DNA of 46,461 nucleotides from an uncultured Actinomycetes bacterium (GTDB lineage Bacteria; Actinomycetota; Coriobacteriia; Coriobacteriales; RUG033): the NCBI GenBank assembly GCA_900314665.1, contig OMWF01000116.1, positions 1-46,461 on the forward strand, read 5' to 3'. The translations under genes were made by a program, and so were the position numbers. The notes under the pieces were generated by a model, which was given only the letters and a program-made list of their open reading frames with translations, had not been told where the DNA came from and did not search any database. Positions within the stretch are counted from its first letter, which is position 1. The number at the start of each line of letters is the position of its first letter. Shown in pieces: positions 1 through 10,117 of the stretch.

Positions 1-1026
1 GAAGGCGACCGCCCGGCGGCGGGTCTCATCGCGCACCTGCCCTCCCCGCTCCGCGCCGGCGGGCAGGGCGGAGGCCCGCACCCGCGCGGGCGGCTCGCCG
101 TCGGTGGGGGCGGGCAGCCCGCAGGCTCCTGAGAAGAGCCCCGCCTCGCCCAGCGCCCCCCACTGCGCGGGGGTCATCATGCTCGCCGCCCCCACACCCA
201 GGCCCAGGTAGCTCCCGCCGGTCCAATAGGTGGTGTTGTGACGCGCCTCGCAGCCTGGGCGGGCGTAGCTTGCCACCTCGTAGCGGACGAGCCCGGCCGC
301 CGCCAGACGCTCCTGCGCAGCGAGCATCATGTCCGCCTGCAGGTCGGGATCGGGATCTGCCCCGACCGCCGCCAGGGGCGTGCCCTCATCCACCGTGAGC
401 GGATAGACGCTCAGATGATCGACGCCGCAGGCGATCGCCTGGTCGAGGTCGGAGAGCCAGCCCTCCATCGTCTGCCCGGGGATGCCGCAGATGAGGTCTG
501 CCGAGACCTGCGCCCCCCGCTCCTTGAGGGCCTCGATGGCGACGCGCGCCTGACGCCCGGTGTGGGGCCGTCCCAAAGCGGCGAGCAGGTCGTCGTCAAA
601 GCTCTGCACCCCCAGCGAGAAGCGCGTCACCCCCAGGGCGAAGAGGTCGCGCGCCAGGGCCAGGGTCACGGACTCGGGATTGCACTCCACGGTCAGCTCG
701 AAGTCGCCCTCCACCCGGGGCACCAGCACCCCCAGCAGGTAGAGCAGGCTCGACAGGTTGCGTCCCCCCACGTGGCTGGGGGTCCCGCCGCCCAGATAGC
801 AGCTCTTGACCGAGGCCAGCAGCCCCGTCTTGGAGGCCCTCCTCAAGCTGAGGGCCAAGGCGTCGCAGTACCGATCGATAAGCGGGTCGTCCGCCGGCGC
901 GGTGCAGGTGGGAAACGAGCAGTACGAGCATCGTCCCACGCAGAAGGGCAGGTGCAGGTAGAGGGCGTCAAAGCCGGGGGCCTCGACAGACGGCGCCGAC
1001 GTGCGCCCGGCATCAAGCCAGCTCAC
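1..1026 (-). CDS. hemW: HemW-like radical SAM protein (heme chaperone / oxygen-independent coproporphyrinogen-III oxidase-like); 3' end runs off the window
   Basis: Absent from the ORF track because no stop is reached. Hand translation of the minus strand from GTG at 1026 gives [38 protein letters not shown]...KSCYLGGGTPSHV. This contains a CX3CX2C radical SAM motif and the GGGTP motif typical of HemN/HemW. The GTG overlaps the dus stop (GTGA). This is the classic position downstream of lepA. Confidence 0.75.
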   Translation of the reverse strand, partial: MSWLDAGRTSAPSVEAPGFDALYLHLPFCVGRCSYCSFPTCTAPADDPLIDRYCDALALSLRRASKTGLLASVKSCYLGGGTPSHVGGRNLSSLLYLLGVLVPRVEGDFELTVECNPESVTLALARDLFALGVTRFSLGVQSFDDDLLAALGRPHTGRQARVAIEALKERGAQVSADLICGIPGQTMEGWLSDLDQAIACGVDHLSVYPLTVDEGTPLAAVGADPDPDLQADMMLAAQERLAAAGLVRYEVASYARPGCEARHNTTYWTGGSYLGLGVGAASMMTPAQWGALGEAGLFSGACGLPAPTDGEPPARVRASALPAGAERGGQVRDETRRRAVAF

Positions 1027-2085
1027 AGCCCTGCCTCCCCCGCCAGCTCAAGCGCCTTGTCGCAGAGGGCGTCAAAGTCCTCGAGGGACGTGCAACCGTT
1101 TACCTGGGCCCGCAGCCGGGAGGCGCCGGGAAGGCCGGACAGGTACCACATGGCGTGCTTGCGCATGGCAGACAGGTTGGGACCGAGCTGCTCATGGTGG
1201 TTGGCGGGCTGGCGCCGGCGCCCGCGGGGGCGGCCCGGGCCCTTCTCGGAAGCCTGGCTCTCCTCGCGCCACGCGGCAAAGCGATGGCAGTGCTCGCGCA
1301 GCTGAGCGACCCGCTCGGTGATGCCCGGGATGCGCGGCTCCCGCCCCGCCTGTACCTCTGCGATCTGCGCAAAGATCCACGGGTTGCCAAGCGCCCCTCG
1401 GCCGACAAGCGCTCCATCCACGCCGCTTCTGGCCATCTGGACCACCGCCGCGGCCGCGTCCGTGAGATCGCCGTTTCCCAGCACGGGCACGCTCACCGCT
1501 CGCTTGACCTGCGCGATGCAGCCCCAGTCGGCGCGCCCCCGGTACAACTGGCCGGCGGTGCGCCCGTGGACGGCCAGCAGGCTCGCCCCGGCCTCCTCCA
1601 GCGCCCGGGCAAAGTCCACGCAGTTCTCGTCCTCAAGGCTTATGCCCCGCCGGAACTTGGCGCTTACCGGCACGCTCACGGCGGAGTCGACGGCGCGCAC
1701 GATGGCAGCCGCCCGCTCCGGGTCGCGCATCAGTGCCGATCCGGCCCCCTTGCGGGTCACCTTGGGCACCGGGCACCCCATGTTGAGGTCGATGAGGGCG
1801 AGCTTCTCGCCGAGGTCGGCCTCCACCGCGGCCGCCGCCCGGGCAAGCTCGTCGGGGTCGGAGCCAAAGAGCTGGACCGCCACCCGGTCCTCGCCGGGTC
1901 CGGGGGCGTAGAGCTGACGAGTCTTGGCTGAGCCGTAGGCAAGCCCGGTGGCGCTCACCATCTCGGTCACCGCCAGCGGGCAACCGTGCTCATGGCAGAC
2001 GGCGCGGAAGAGCTGGTCGGTGACGCCCGCCATGGGCGCCAGCCATACGTTGCCAGCCGCCAGCAGGGCCGCCACCTGGTCTGGC

Positions 2086-2102
<17 letters not shown>
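1023..2102 (-). CDS. dus: tRNA-dihydrouridine synthase
   Basis: ORF 1023..2108 contains LAPMAGVTD...AVQLFGSDP...IDLNMGCP...AVHGRT, which are Dus family motifs. The second ATG (2102) has AGGTGG 6 nt upstream, so it is preferred over 2108. The 5' end overlaps the lepA 3' end by about 17 nt. Confidence 0.85.
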
Positions 2103-3906
<1,804 letters not shown>

Positions 3907-4024
3907 GTGAGCAATGATAGCATTCAATCCGGCCCTGGGCAGCGCCTTGGCGCTCGCATCGGTCAAGCCCGACCCCGCGTGCCCAGGCGCTGCCTTTCAC
4001 CATCCCGACGCAAAGAGAGCCTCC

Positions 4025-4606
4025 ATGTCCGCATCCTCTGATTTATCCTCAGACGAGAACAAGCAACCCCGGCAGCGCTCGCTCGCCCGCAGAGCCAACG
4101 GCGTCGTGACCGCCCTGCTGGTGGCCTTCTTTCTGGGCGCGCATGGCCTGCTCGGGAGCGCGTCGGCAATCGTTGCCCTCGACTCATCGCTTTCCTGGAT
4201 CGCTTGGATAGGCACAGCAGCCATCGCCGTGCACGTGTGCCTCAACGTGCGCGTCACGGTCGAGAAGCTCTCCGACCCCGAGAAGCCCCCGAGCGCGCAC
4301 AAGAAGGCGAAGATTGCGCTTCGCTGGGCGACAGGCATTGTGCTCCTCGTTACCATCGTCCTGCACATCACCCTCGTTCGCACGCACGGAGCCGGAGCAG
4401 CCTGGGCCACCCCGCCGGCCGTAGCGGCGACCGTGGTGCTCATAGCCGCGCTCTCCGCCCATGTCTTCCTCTGCCTCAAGTCCCTTATACGCGACCTGGG
4501 CGGCAGCAAGGAGCTCAAAGACAAGGTCACGCCCTTGGTGAGGGCGGTGCTCTGCGCCTTCGCGTGCTTGCTCTATGCCATGGTGGTCGCCGGCCACCTT
4601 CGGTGA
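4025..4606 (+). CDS. Hypothetical polytopic membrane protein (about 4-5 predicted TM helices)
   Basis: ORF 3914..4606. Start trimmed to ATG 4025 (MSASSDLSSDENKQ), preceded by AGAGAG. Hydrophobic segments VVTALLVAFFLGAHGLL, WIAWIGTAAIAVHVCL, IVLLVTIVLHITLV, AVAATVVLIAALSAHVFL and VLCAFACLLYAMVVAG. No recognisable family. Confidence 0.5.
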   Translation: MSASSDLSSDENKQPRQRSLARRANGVVTALLVAFFLGAHGLLGSASAIVALDSSLSWIAWIGTAAIAVHVCLNVRVTVEKLSDPEKPPSAHKKAKIALRWATGIVLLVTIVLHITLVRTHGAGAAWATPPAVAATVVLIAALSAHVFLCLKSLIRDLGGSKELKDKVTPLVRAVLCAFACLLYAMVVAGHLR

Positions 4607-4710
4607 AGCGCTTCGCGGAGTCGCTCCCCGCGCATGCCGCCGCCGAGCCGTCCGCGGGGCTTCATCACGGGAGTCGCCCCCGTCAGGCTTGATGCCCGCG
4701 CTGCGTCATT

Positions 4711-4735
4711 TATAGTAAGTTATATATAATTGACC
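4711..4735 (+). promoter_or_regulatory. Candidate promoter in an AT-rich island (TATAAT at 4725..4730) with the perfect palindrome TTATATATAA (4720..4729)
   Basis: tatagtaagttatatataattgacc is a sharp AT-rich island in an otherwise GC-rich sequence, about 45 nt upstream of the GTG at 4775. The -35 is weak. The palindrome overlapping the -10 could be an operator. Confidence 0.3.
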
Positions 4736-4774
4736 TGCTTTCGACGGCACAGCTGTGCAAGACGGGAGGAACGG

Positions 4775-5518
4775 GTGGTAAAGAGACGCATCACCGCTCT
4801 GGCGGTGGCAATCGCATGTGCATTGCTTATGCTTCCAGGAGCAGCATTCGCCGGCAACGGAAGCGGTTCCGGCGACGGTGGTGGGCAAGCGACTCCCACG
4901 CTGGTCGCTTCGATGCCAGAGAACGGCACCGAGGTCTCGCCTGCCAGTACCGAGGAGATGTGGGTCCAGTTCAGCAACAACGTCGCCGAGGCGACCGTTG
5001 CCGATGGCAACATCGAGAAGATCTCCCTGACTCATTCCGACGGGACGCCTGTCGACGTGGACGTGTTTGTCGCCGACACCCAAACCGAGCCCGATAAGCG
5101 CACGTATCTCTACATCTCCCCCGCCGACCAGCTTGAACCCGGAGCATACGTCATCACCGTGAAGGCGGGCATAACGGCCAAGAACGGCATCTCCTCCGCC
5201 ACCGATGAGACCATCTCCTTCACGGTGGCCGATGCCGCCGGTAACAGCGCGAGCTCCGCAGACGCCGCCGCAGCCCCCGCCAGCTCTGCCAGCACAGTTG
5301 CCTCCGCCAGTCCCGCGAGCAGCGCTGCAGCCTCCTCTGGAGCCGGCGAGGAAAGCTCCCACCAAGGCGCCGTGCCCGTCGCTGCCGTCGTGGTGGTAGT
5401 CATCGTCGCGGCGGTCTGCATCGCAGCCGCCCTGCGCTTCCGCAAGAAGAAGAACGACTCTCGCGCAAGCGATGACACGGCAGAGGACGCAACGCCCAAA
5501 GACACCAAGTCCGAGTAG
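4775..5518 (+). CDS. Secreted, C-terminally membrane-anchored protein with one bacterial Ig-like (SbsA/Big_5-like) domain and an Ala/Ser-rich stalk
   Basis: GTG 4775 with GGGAGGA at 4764..4770. Signal peptide VVKRRITALAVAIACALLMLPGAAFA. The pattern PENGTEVSP...MWVQFSNNV...ISLTHSDGTPVDVDV...YLYISPADQLEPGAYVITVKAGI is typical of Big_5-type Ig folds. SASSADAAAAPASSAS linker. C-terminal TM VAAVVVVVIVAAVCIAAAL followed by RFRKKKN. No LPXTG motif. Confidence 0.6.
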   Translation: MVKRRITALAVAIACALLMLPGAAFAGNGSGSGDGGGQATPTLVASMPENGTEVSPASTEEMWVQFSNNVAEATVADGNIEKISLTHSDGTPVDVDVFVADTQTEPDKRTYLYISPADQLEPGAYVITVKAGITAKNGISSATDETISFTVADAAGNSASSADAAAAPASSASTVASASPASSAAASSGAGEESSHQGAVPVAAVVVVVIVAAVCIAAALRFRKKKNDSRASDDTAEDATPKDTKSE

Positions 5519-5581
5519 CTATCCGCAGCAAAACAGCCGGGCGCGGTGGCGGCGTCCCGCATAAGCGAAGAGAGACATACC

Positions 5582-6742
5582 ATGGAGATTGCACGCAACG
5601 CGGAGGGCGGCAGATGCGAGCAGCCCGCGGAAGGCATGCCCGCACGACAGGGCTGCCAGGAGCAGTGCTCCTCGATTGTGCTGTGCGTCGACGATACAGA
5701 TGACGAGACGCGCAGCACGTCCACCGGCAAAGTGGCGGCGCTTATAGCGCAAGCCGTCGTGAGGTCAGGCGGCCGCATCCGCCTCGGCATAACGCGCCAT
5801 CAGCTGCTCTTGCGCAGCGATGTGCCCTATACCTCGCACAACTCATCGATGGCCTTTGAGGCCCAGATCCCTGTCGGCGCCATCGACAAGCTCCGCGAAG
5901 AAGCGATCGCCGTGCTCGCGGCCGAATGCGTCCCCACCGCCGACCCGGGCCTCGCCCTGGCCGTCCTCCCCGAGGCAGGCTTTGTCGGCGGGAAAGGCGA
6001 GCAGCAGCTCGAGGGGCTCATCGCCTTTGGCAAGCGCGCAAAAGTCGAGTACTGCCATAAGGAGGACGCGTACGCCCTGGCGCAAGGCATCCCCTGGGTC
6101 TCCCTCAGCGAGCACGGCGGCACAGGCCAAGGCGTCGTGGGCGCCCTGGCCGGCATCGGCTTGCGGCTCTCCGGGTCAGACGGGCGTTTCCGCGGCAAGC
6201 AACGGATCGACCAGCTGCTCGGAGAGGACGGCGGCGCCGATGCCCGCGGCGGAAAGGCAGGCCGGGGAGGCGGCGGGCACCGCCAAGGCGCGGGCGGCGG
6301 ACGTCGCGATGACGCGCCGAGGCGCAGTTCCGACCCCGTTGAAGGACAGGGAGTAGGGGCGGGGCCCCGGTTTGTATCCGTAGGCCGCATCGTCGAGAGG
6401 CTGTCGGCGTGTAAGAACGGCCCCGTCAGGGTTGTGGACGCCACGGGGGCCGTGCTGGGCGACGACGTACCCGTGCGGGTCGATGTCGTGGCTAAGTCGA
6501 TCTACCTCGGCGGCTCATTCACCATCGTCTGTTCGGTTGAAGACGGCATCGCCACGCCTCTGGAAAAGGACCAACTGGCAGATGGCGCCGGCGAAGGCCT
6601 GCTCTCTCATGTCTGCAGCAGCTTTGAGTGGGACAACGACGCCGAGGAGTGCACCAGCAGAACCGAGTCGTGCCGCAACTGCCTGCATCGCCGATGGGAG
6701 AGCTGGGGATTCAGCTGCATGGGCGACGGCCGTCGCCCATGA
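5582..6742 (+). CDS. TiaS-like protein (homologue of archaeal tRNA(Ile2) 2-agmatinylcytidine synthetase: kinase-like N-domain plus C-terminal zinc ribbon); function in bacteria unknown
   Basis: ORF 5546..6742; the ATG at 5582 is preferred. Collinear motif matches to TiaS as I remember it: VDDTDD; RHQLLLRSDVPYTSHNSSMAF; GTGQGVVGALAGIG; C-terminal CRNCLHRRWESWGFSC. The stop overlaps the permease start (ATGA at 6739..6742). The start codon and the Gly/Arg-rich middle section are uncertain. Confidence 0.55.
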   Translation: MEIARNAEGGRCEQPAEGMPARQGCQEQCSSIVLCVDDTDDETRSTSTGKVAALIAQAVVRSGGRIRLGITRHQLLLRSDVPYTSHNSSMAFEAQIPVGAIDKLREEAIAVLAAECVPTADPGLALAVLPEAGFVGGKGEQQLEGLIAFGKRAKVEYCHKEDAYALAQGIPWVSLSEHGGTGQGVVGALAGIGLRLSGSDGRFRGKQRIDQLLGEDGGADARGGKAGRGGGGHRQGAGGGRRDDAPRRSSDPVEGQGVGAGPRFVSVGRIVERLSACKNGPVRVVDATGAVLGDDVPVRVDVVAKSIYLGGSFTIVCSVEDGIATPLEKDQLADGAGEGLLSHVCSSFEWDNDAEECTSRTESCRNCLHRRWESWGFSCMGDGRRP

Positions 6743-7812
6743 GGACAGGCACCGCAAACACGTCTGCCGCCGCCACCAGAGGGAGGCGCGCACTCAGGGC
6801 AGGCACCGTCACAGTCGGAGCGTACGCCCTTCCCGTCGCACTCGTCATCGTCTCGCTGTTCATCGGCCGCTACCCCATCTCGGCAGGCGACGTGTTCGGC
6901 TCGCTCGGCGCGGCACTTGGCGTTAGCGGGGCGGCGGATTCGATCCAGGCGCGTTCGGCGGCGTACACGCTGGTGGTGAACGTGCGCCTCCCTCGCGCAA
7001 TCGCGGCGGCGCTGGTCGGCGCCGCACTCGCGGGGTCGGGCGCCGCGTTTCAGGGCGTGTTCAGGAATCCGCTCGTAAGCCCCTCGATCCTCGGCGTCTC
7101 CTCAGGGGCCGGGTTTGGGGCCGCGCTGGCCATCGTGTTCTTCTCCTCCGCAACCGCGGTCGTCGCGCCGTTCGCGTTCCTGTTTGGCGTGCTCGCCGTG
7201 ATTGCGAGCTATCTGATAGCGCGCGTCTACCGCTCGACGCCGACCATCATGCTCATCCTGGGCGGCACCATCGTCTCGGCGGTGTTCTCCGCGCTCATAT
7301 CGCTCATGAAGTTCATAGCCGACCCTGAGACCCAACTTCCCAACCTGGTCTATTGGCTCATGGGCAGTCTCTCCGCCATCGGCTGGGAGCAGTTCGCGGC
7401 GGCCATCCCCATCGCCATCGGCCTCATCGCCCTCGACGTCCTGGCCTGGCGCGTCAACATCCTCTCCATGGGCGACAAGGAGGCGCGCTCTCTGGGCCTC
7501 GACGTATTCCGCGACAAGCTGCTCATCATCGCCGCGGCGACGCTCTCGACCGCTGGCGCCGTCTGCATGTCAGGCGTCATCGGCTGGGTCGGCCTGGTCA
7601 TTCCCCATATCGGGCGAATGTTGGCGGGAAGTGACAATCGACGGCTCATTCCCCTTTCCGCCGCCGCAGGGGCCTCGTTCATGCTGGTCATCGACCTGCT
7701 GTGCCGGACGCTCTCGTCCTCTGAAATACCGATTGGCGTGTTGACGGCTCTTATCGGCGCTCCGTTCTTCGTCTACCTGCTGAAGAAGACGAAAGGCAGG
7801 GATTGGCAGTGA
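6739..7812 (+). CDS. ABC importer permease, FecCD/BtuC family (type II importer)
   Basis: ORF 6628..7812 trimmed to ATG 6739, which overlaps the upstream stop. LPRAIAAALVGAALAGSGAAFQGVFRNPLVSPSILGVSSGAG and IPIGVLTALIGAPFFVYLL are typical FecCD signatures. About 9-10 TM helices. Confidence 0.9.
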   Translation: MRTGTANTSAAATRGRRALRAGTVTVGAYALPVALVIVSLFIGRYPISAGDVFGSLGAALGVSGAADSIQARSAAYTLVVNVRLPRAIAAALVGAALAGSGAAFQGVFRNPLVSPSILGVSSGAGFGAALAIVFFSSATAVVAPFAFLFGVLAVIASYLIARVYRSTPTIMLILGGTIVSAVFSALISLMKFIADPETQLPNLVYWLMGSLSAIGWEQFAAAIPIAIGLIALDVLAWRVNILSMGDKEARSLGLDVFRDKLLIIAAATLSTAGAVCMSGVIGWVGLVIPHIGRMLAGSDNRRLIPLSAAAGASFMLVIDLLCRTLSSSEIPIGVLTALIGAPFFVYLLKKTKGRDWQ

Positions 7813-8657
7813 AGGCCGACCCGGTGCTCGTCCAGCTGGACGGAGTTTCGTACACCTATCCCCAAGCCAGCGCACCTGCGGTCGACCAGGTGACGCTTGA
7901 AGCTGGGGCGGGGACGGTCACCTGCCTCATGGGCGTCAATGGCTGCGGCAAGTCGACGCTCATCGACTGCATACTGGGTGAGAACAGCCTCACGTCGGGT
8001 CAAATCCTGCTCGACGGGACCGACATCTCGACGCTGCGCCCCTCCGCCCTCGCGCGCAAGGTCTCCTATGTGCCTCAGGTCCACGAGCGCGCGTTTCCCT
8101 ACCTGGTGCGCGACGTGGTCCTCATGGGACGCACGCCTTACCAGGGGATTCTCGGATCATCGAGCGATGCCGACCAGGAGATAGTCGACCGGGCGCTCCG
8201 TCTCTGCCGCATCGAGCGCCTGGCAGACCGCCCCTACACCCAGCTCTCAGGCGGCGAGATGCAGATGGTGCTCCTCGCCCGCGCCCTCGCGCAGCAGACC
8301 TCCTTCATCCTGATGGACGAGCCCACGGCACACCTGGACTTTAGGAACGAGCTGTCCTTCATGGAAACGGTCGTGCAGCTTGTGCGCAACCAGGGCGTCG
8401 GCGTGTTTATCGCCACCCACTCCCCCAACCAGGCGTTCTTCTTTGAGTGGAGCGGCGTGCCGACGGTCTGTACGCTGATGAGCGCGGGGCGCGTCTATCA
8501 GACGGGCGCTCCTTCCCAGGTGCTCACTTCCGAGAACCTTCACGACCTGTACGGCGTGCACGCACGCATCGTCTCGACCCCGACCAGCACCGGCAGGCCC
8601 CTCAACCAAATTCTCCTCATCTCCACGGAAGAGTGCTCCCATGACCAGAAGCGCTGA
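7803..8657 (+). CDS. ABC importer ATP-binding protein (FepC/BtuD-like)
   Basis: Walker A GVNGCGKST, signature LSGGEMQ, Walker B ILMDEPTAHLD. The track start is TTG 7803. GTG 7809 overlaps the permease TGA (GTGA) and is equally plausible. Confidence 0.9.
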   Translation: MAVKADPVLVQLDGVSYTYPQASAPAVDQVTLEAGAGTVTCLMGVNGCGKSTLIDCILGENSLTSGQILLDGTDISTLRPSALARKVSYVPQVHERAFPYLVRDVVLMGRTPYQGILGSSSDADQEIVDRALRLCRIERLADRPYTQLSGGEMQMVLLARALAQQTSFILMDEPTAHLDFRNELSFMETVVQLVRNQGVGVFIATHSPNQAFFFEWSGVPTVCTLMSAGRVYQTGAPSQVLTSENLHDLYGVHARIVSTPTSTGRPLNQILLISTEECSHDQKR

Positions 8658-9909
8658 CCAGAACAGCCGGGCGGAGCGCCCGCTCGACATCACCTGCGAC
8701 CGGCGCCGTTTTTGCGCCCTGGGGCTGCTTGCGCTCATCGCGTGCTGCGGCGCCCCGGCCGCAGCCCTGGGAGGATGCGCTCCGGGCGCAGAGACCGGCA
8801 GCTCGCCCTCAGGCGCCTCCTCTGCTGCGCAAGCCGCCAGCGATGCACTGCCGAGCAACGCCGAGGGCGCCTCACAGCCGGACACGATCGCCCTAACCGA
8901 CTCGGTCGGAAGGACGGTGGCGGTCCCCGCCTGCTGCACGCGCATTGCCGCACTCGACTCGTTCTCAGGAGAAGCGCTGGTCATGGCAGGCGCCGGCCCG
9001 CTCGTGGTGGCAGTGCCCAGGGGCGTCGCCAGCGACACCATCCTGCTTCAGCTCTACCCGGACCTCGCCACGGTGCCGTCTCCTCAGTCGGGCGGCACGG
9101 TGAACGTCGAGTCCCTGTGGGCGCTCGACCCCGACGTCGTGCTCGTGAAGCCGTCGCTGTACTACTCGCAGGAGGAGATTGGAAAGCTTGATAAGCTGGG
9201 GATGCCGTACCTGGTCATCGACTACCTGACCATCGAGGAGCAGCTCGCGGCGCTTGAGATGATCGGGAGCATCCTGCCGTCGGAGCAAGCCCAGCGCATG
9301 GCGGCGATCGTCTCGACGTACCGCTCAGGCGTCGAGCGCGTGGAAGCTTGCGCCGCGCGCATACCGGACGACGAGAGGCTGCGCGTCTACCACGCAATCA
9401 ACCAGGCGGTCATCACCGATGGACCCAGCTCGATCGGTGCCGATTGGATAACGCGAGTCGGTGGCATCGACGTCTCGGCCGTAAGCCTGGGGGCGGACGG
9501 CGGGACGGAGGCCTCTGCGAGCTCGGACAGGGGAGATTACCAGGCGACGCTCGAACAGGTCTTTGTATGGGATCCCGACATCGTTATCTGCAACGAGGCG
9601 TCGACCGCCACGTACCTGCTCAGCGACAGCAAATGGGCGGGGCTGCGCTCGGTCGCCGACGGGCGCGTCTACAACATACCCGTTGGCGCGACCCGATGGG
9701 GGCAGCGCGGCAGCGTAGAGACCTGGTTCGCGATGATGTGGCTCGGCACCACTGCCTATCCCGAATACTACGGGGAAATCGACCTGCGCGAGGAGGTTGC
9801 CGCATTCTACGGAACGGTCCTCGGCATCGACGTCGATGATGCCCTGTACGAGCAGATGCTCTCAGGCCAGGGAATGCGCAAGCAGGCCACGGGTAAGAGC
9901 GTCTCCTAG
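8641..9909 (+). CDS. ABC importer substrate-binding lipoprotein, periplasmic-binding-protein class (siderophore/heme/cobalamin type)
   Basis: RRRFCALGLLALIACCG...LGGC signal/lipobox followed by a Ser/Ala linker. VAVPACCTRIAALD, DPDVVLV, VWDPDIVI and RWGQRGSVE are typical of FhuD/BtuF-like binding proteins. The start overlaps the ATPase gene by 17 nt. Confidence 0.85.
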   Translation: MTRSADQNSRAERPLDITCDRRRFCALGLLALIACCGAPAAALGGCAPGAETGSSPSGASSAAQAASDALPSNAEGASQPDTIALTDSVGRTVAVPACCTRIAALDSFSGEALVMAGAGPLVVAVPRGVASDTILLQLYPDLATVPSPQSGGTVNVESLWALDPDVVLVKPSLYYSQEEIGKLDKLGMPYLVIDYLTIEEQLAALEMIGSILPSEQAQRMAAIVSTYRSGVERVEACAARIPDDERLRVYHAINQAVITDGPSSIGADWITRVGGIDVSAVSLGADGGTEASASSDRGDYQATLEQVFVWDPDIVICNEASTATYLLSDSKWAGLRSVADGRVYNIPVGATRWGQRGSVETWFAMMWLGTTAYPEYYGEIDLREEVAAFYGTVLGIDVDDALYEQMLSGQGMRKQATGKSVS

Positions 9910-10117
9910 CCACCTTCTCGATGTTCCTTGAAGGCAGTGCATCGGCGGGTCTCGGCATGCGGACAAGCGTAAAATCTCGACGCGGCACAGCGTTACTATT
10001 GAGCGGAATCACACCCGACCCCGTCCGCTTTGCGATCTGGCGCTTGCGGGGTTGCCTGACTGACGGCCTTGAAGCCCCGTGAGCACCTGGCAGACGGTAA
10101 GGCAGGAGGAGCTTCTC

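Noticed and set aside
4607-5581. Cobalamin riboswitch or Fur/DtxR box controlling the ABC importer operon.
   Set aside because: I looked for B12-box-like (GCCACTG and flanking conserved helices) and iron-box-like palindromes. I found only the short AT palindrome TTATATATAA. The space between 5518 and 5582 is too short for a riboswitch.
5820-6444. Alternative frames across the TiaS-like gene (178-aa plus-strand and 205-aa minus-strand ORFs) as the real gene.
   Set aside because: Both are Pro/Ser/Ala/Arg-rich low-complexity strings without motifs. The chosen frame carries the collinear TiaS-like motifs on both sides of the region and ends in an ATGA overlap with the permease.
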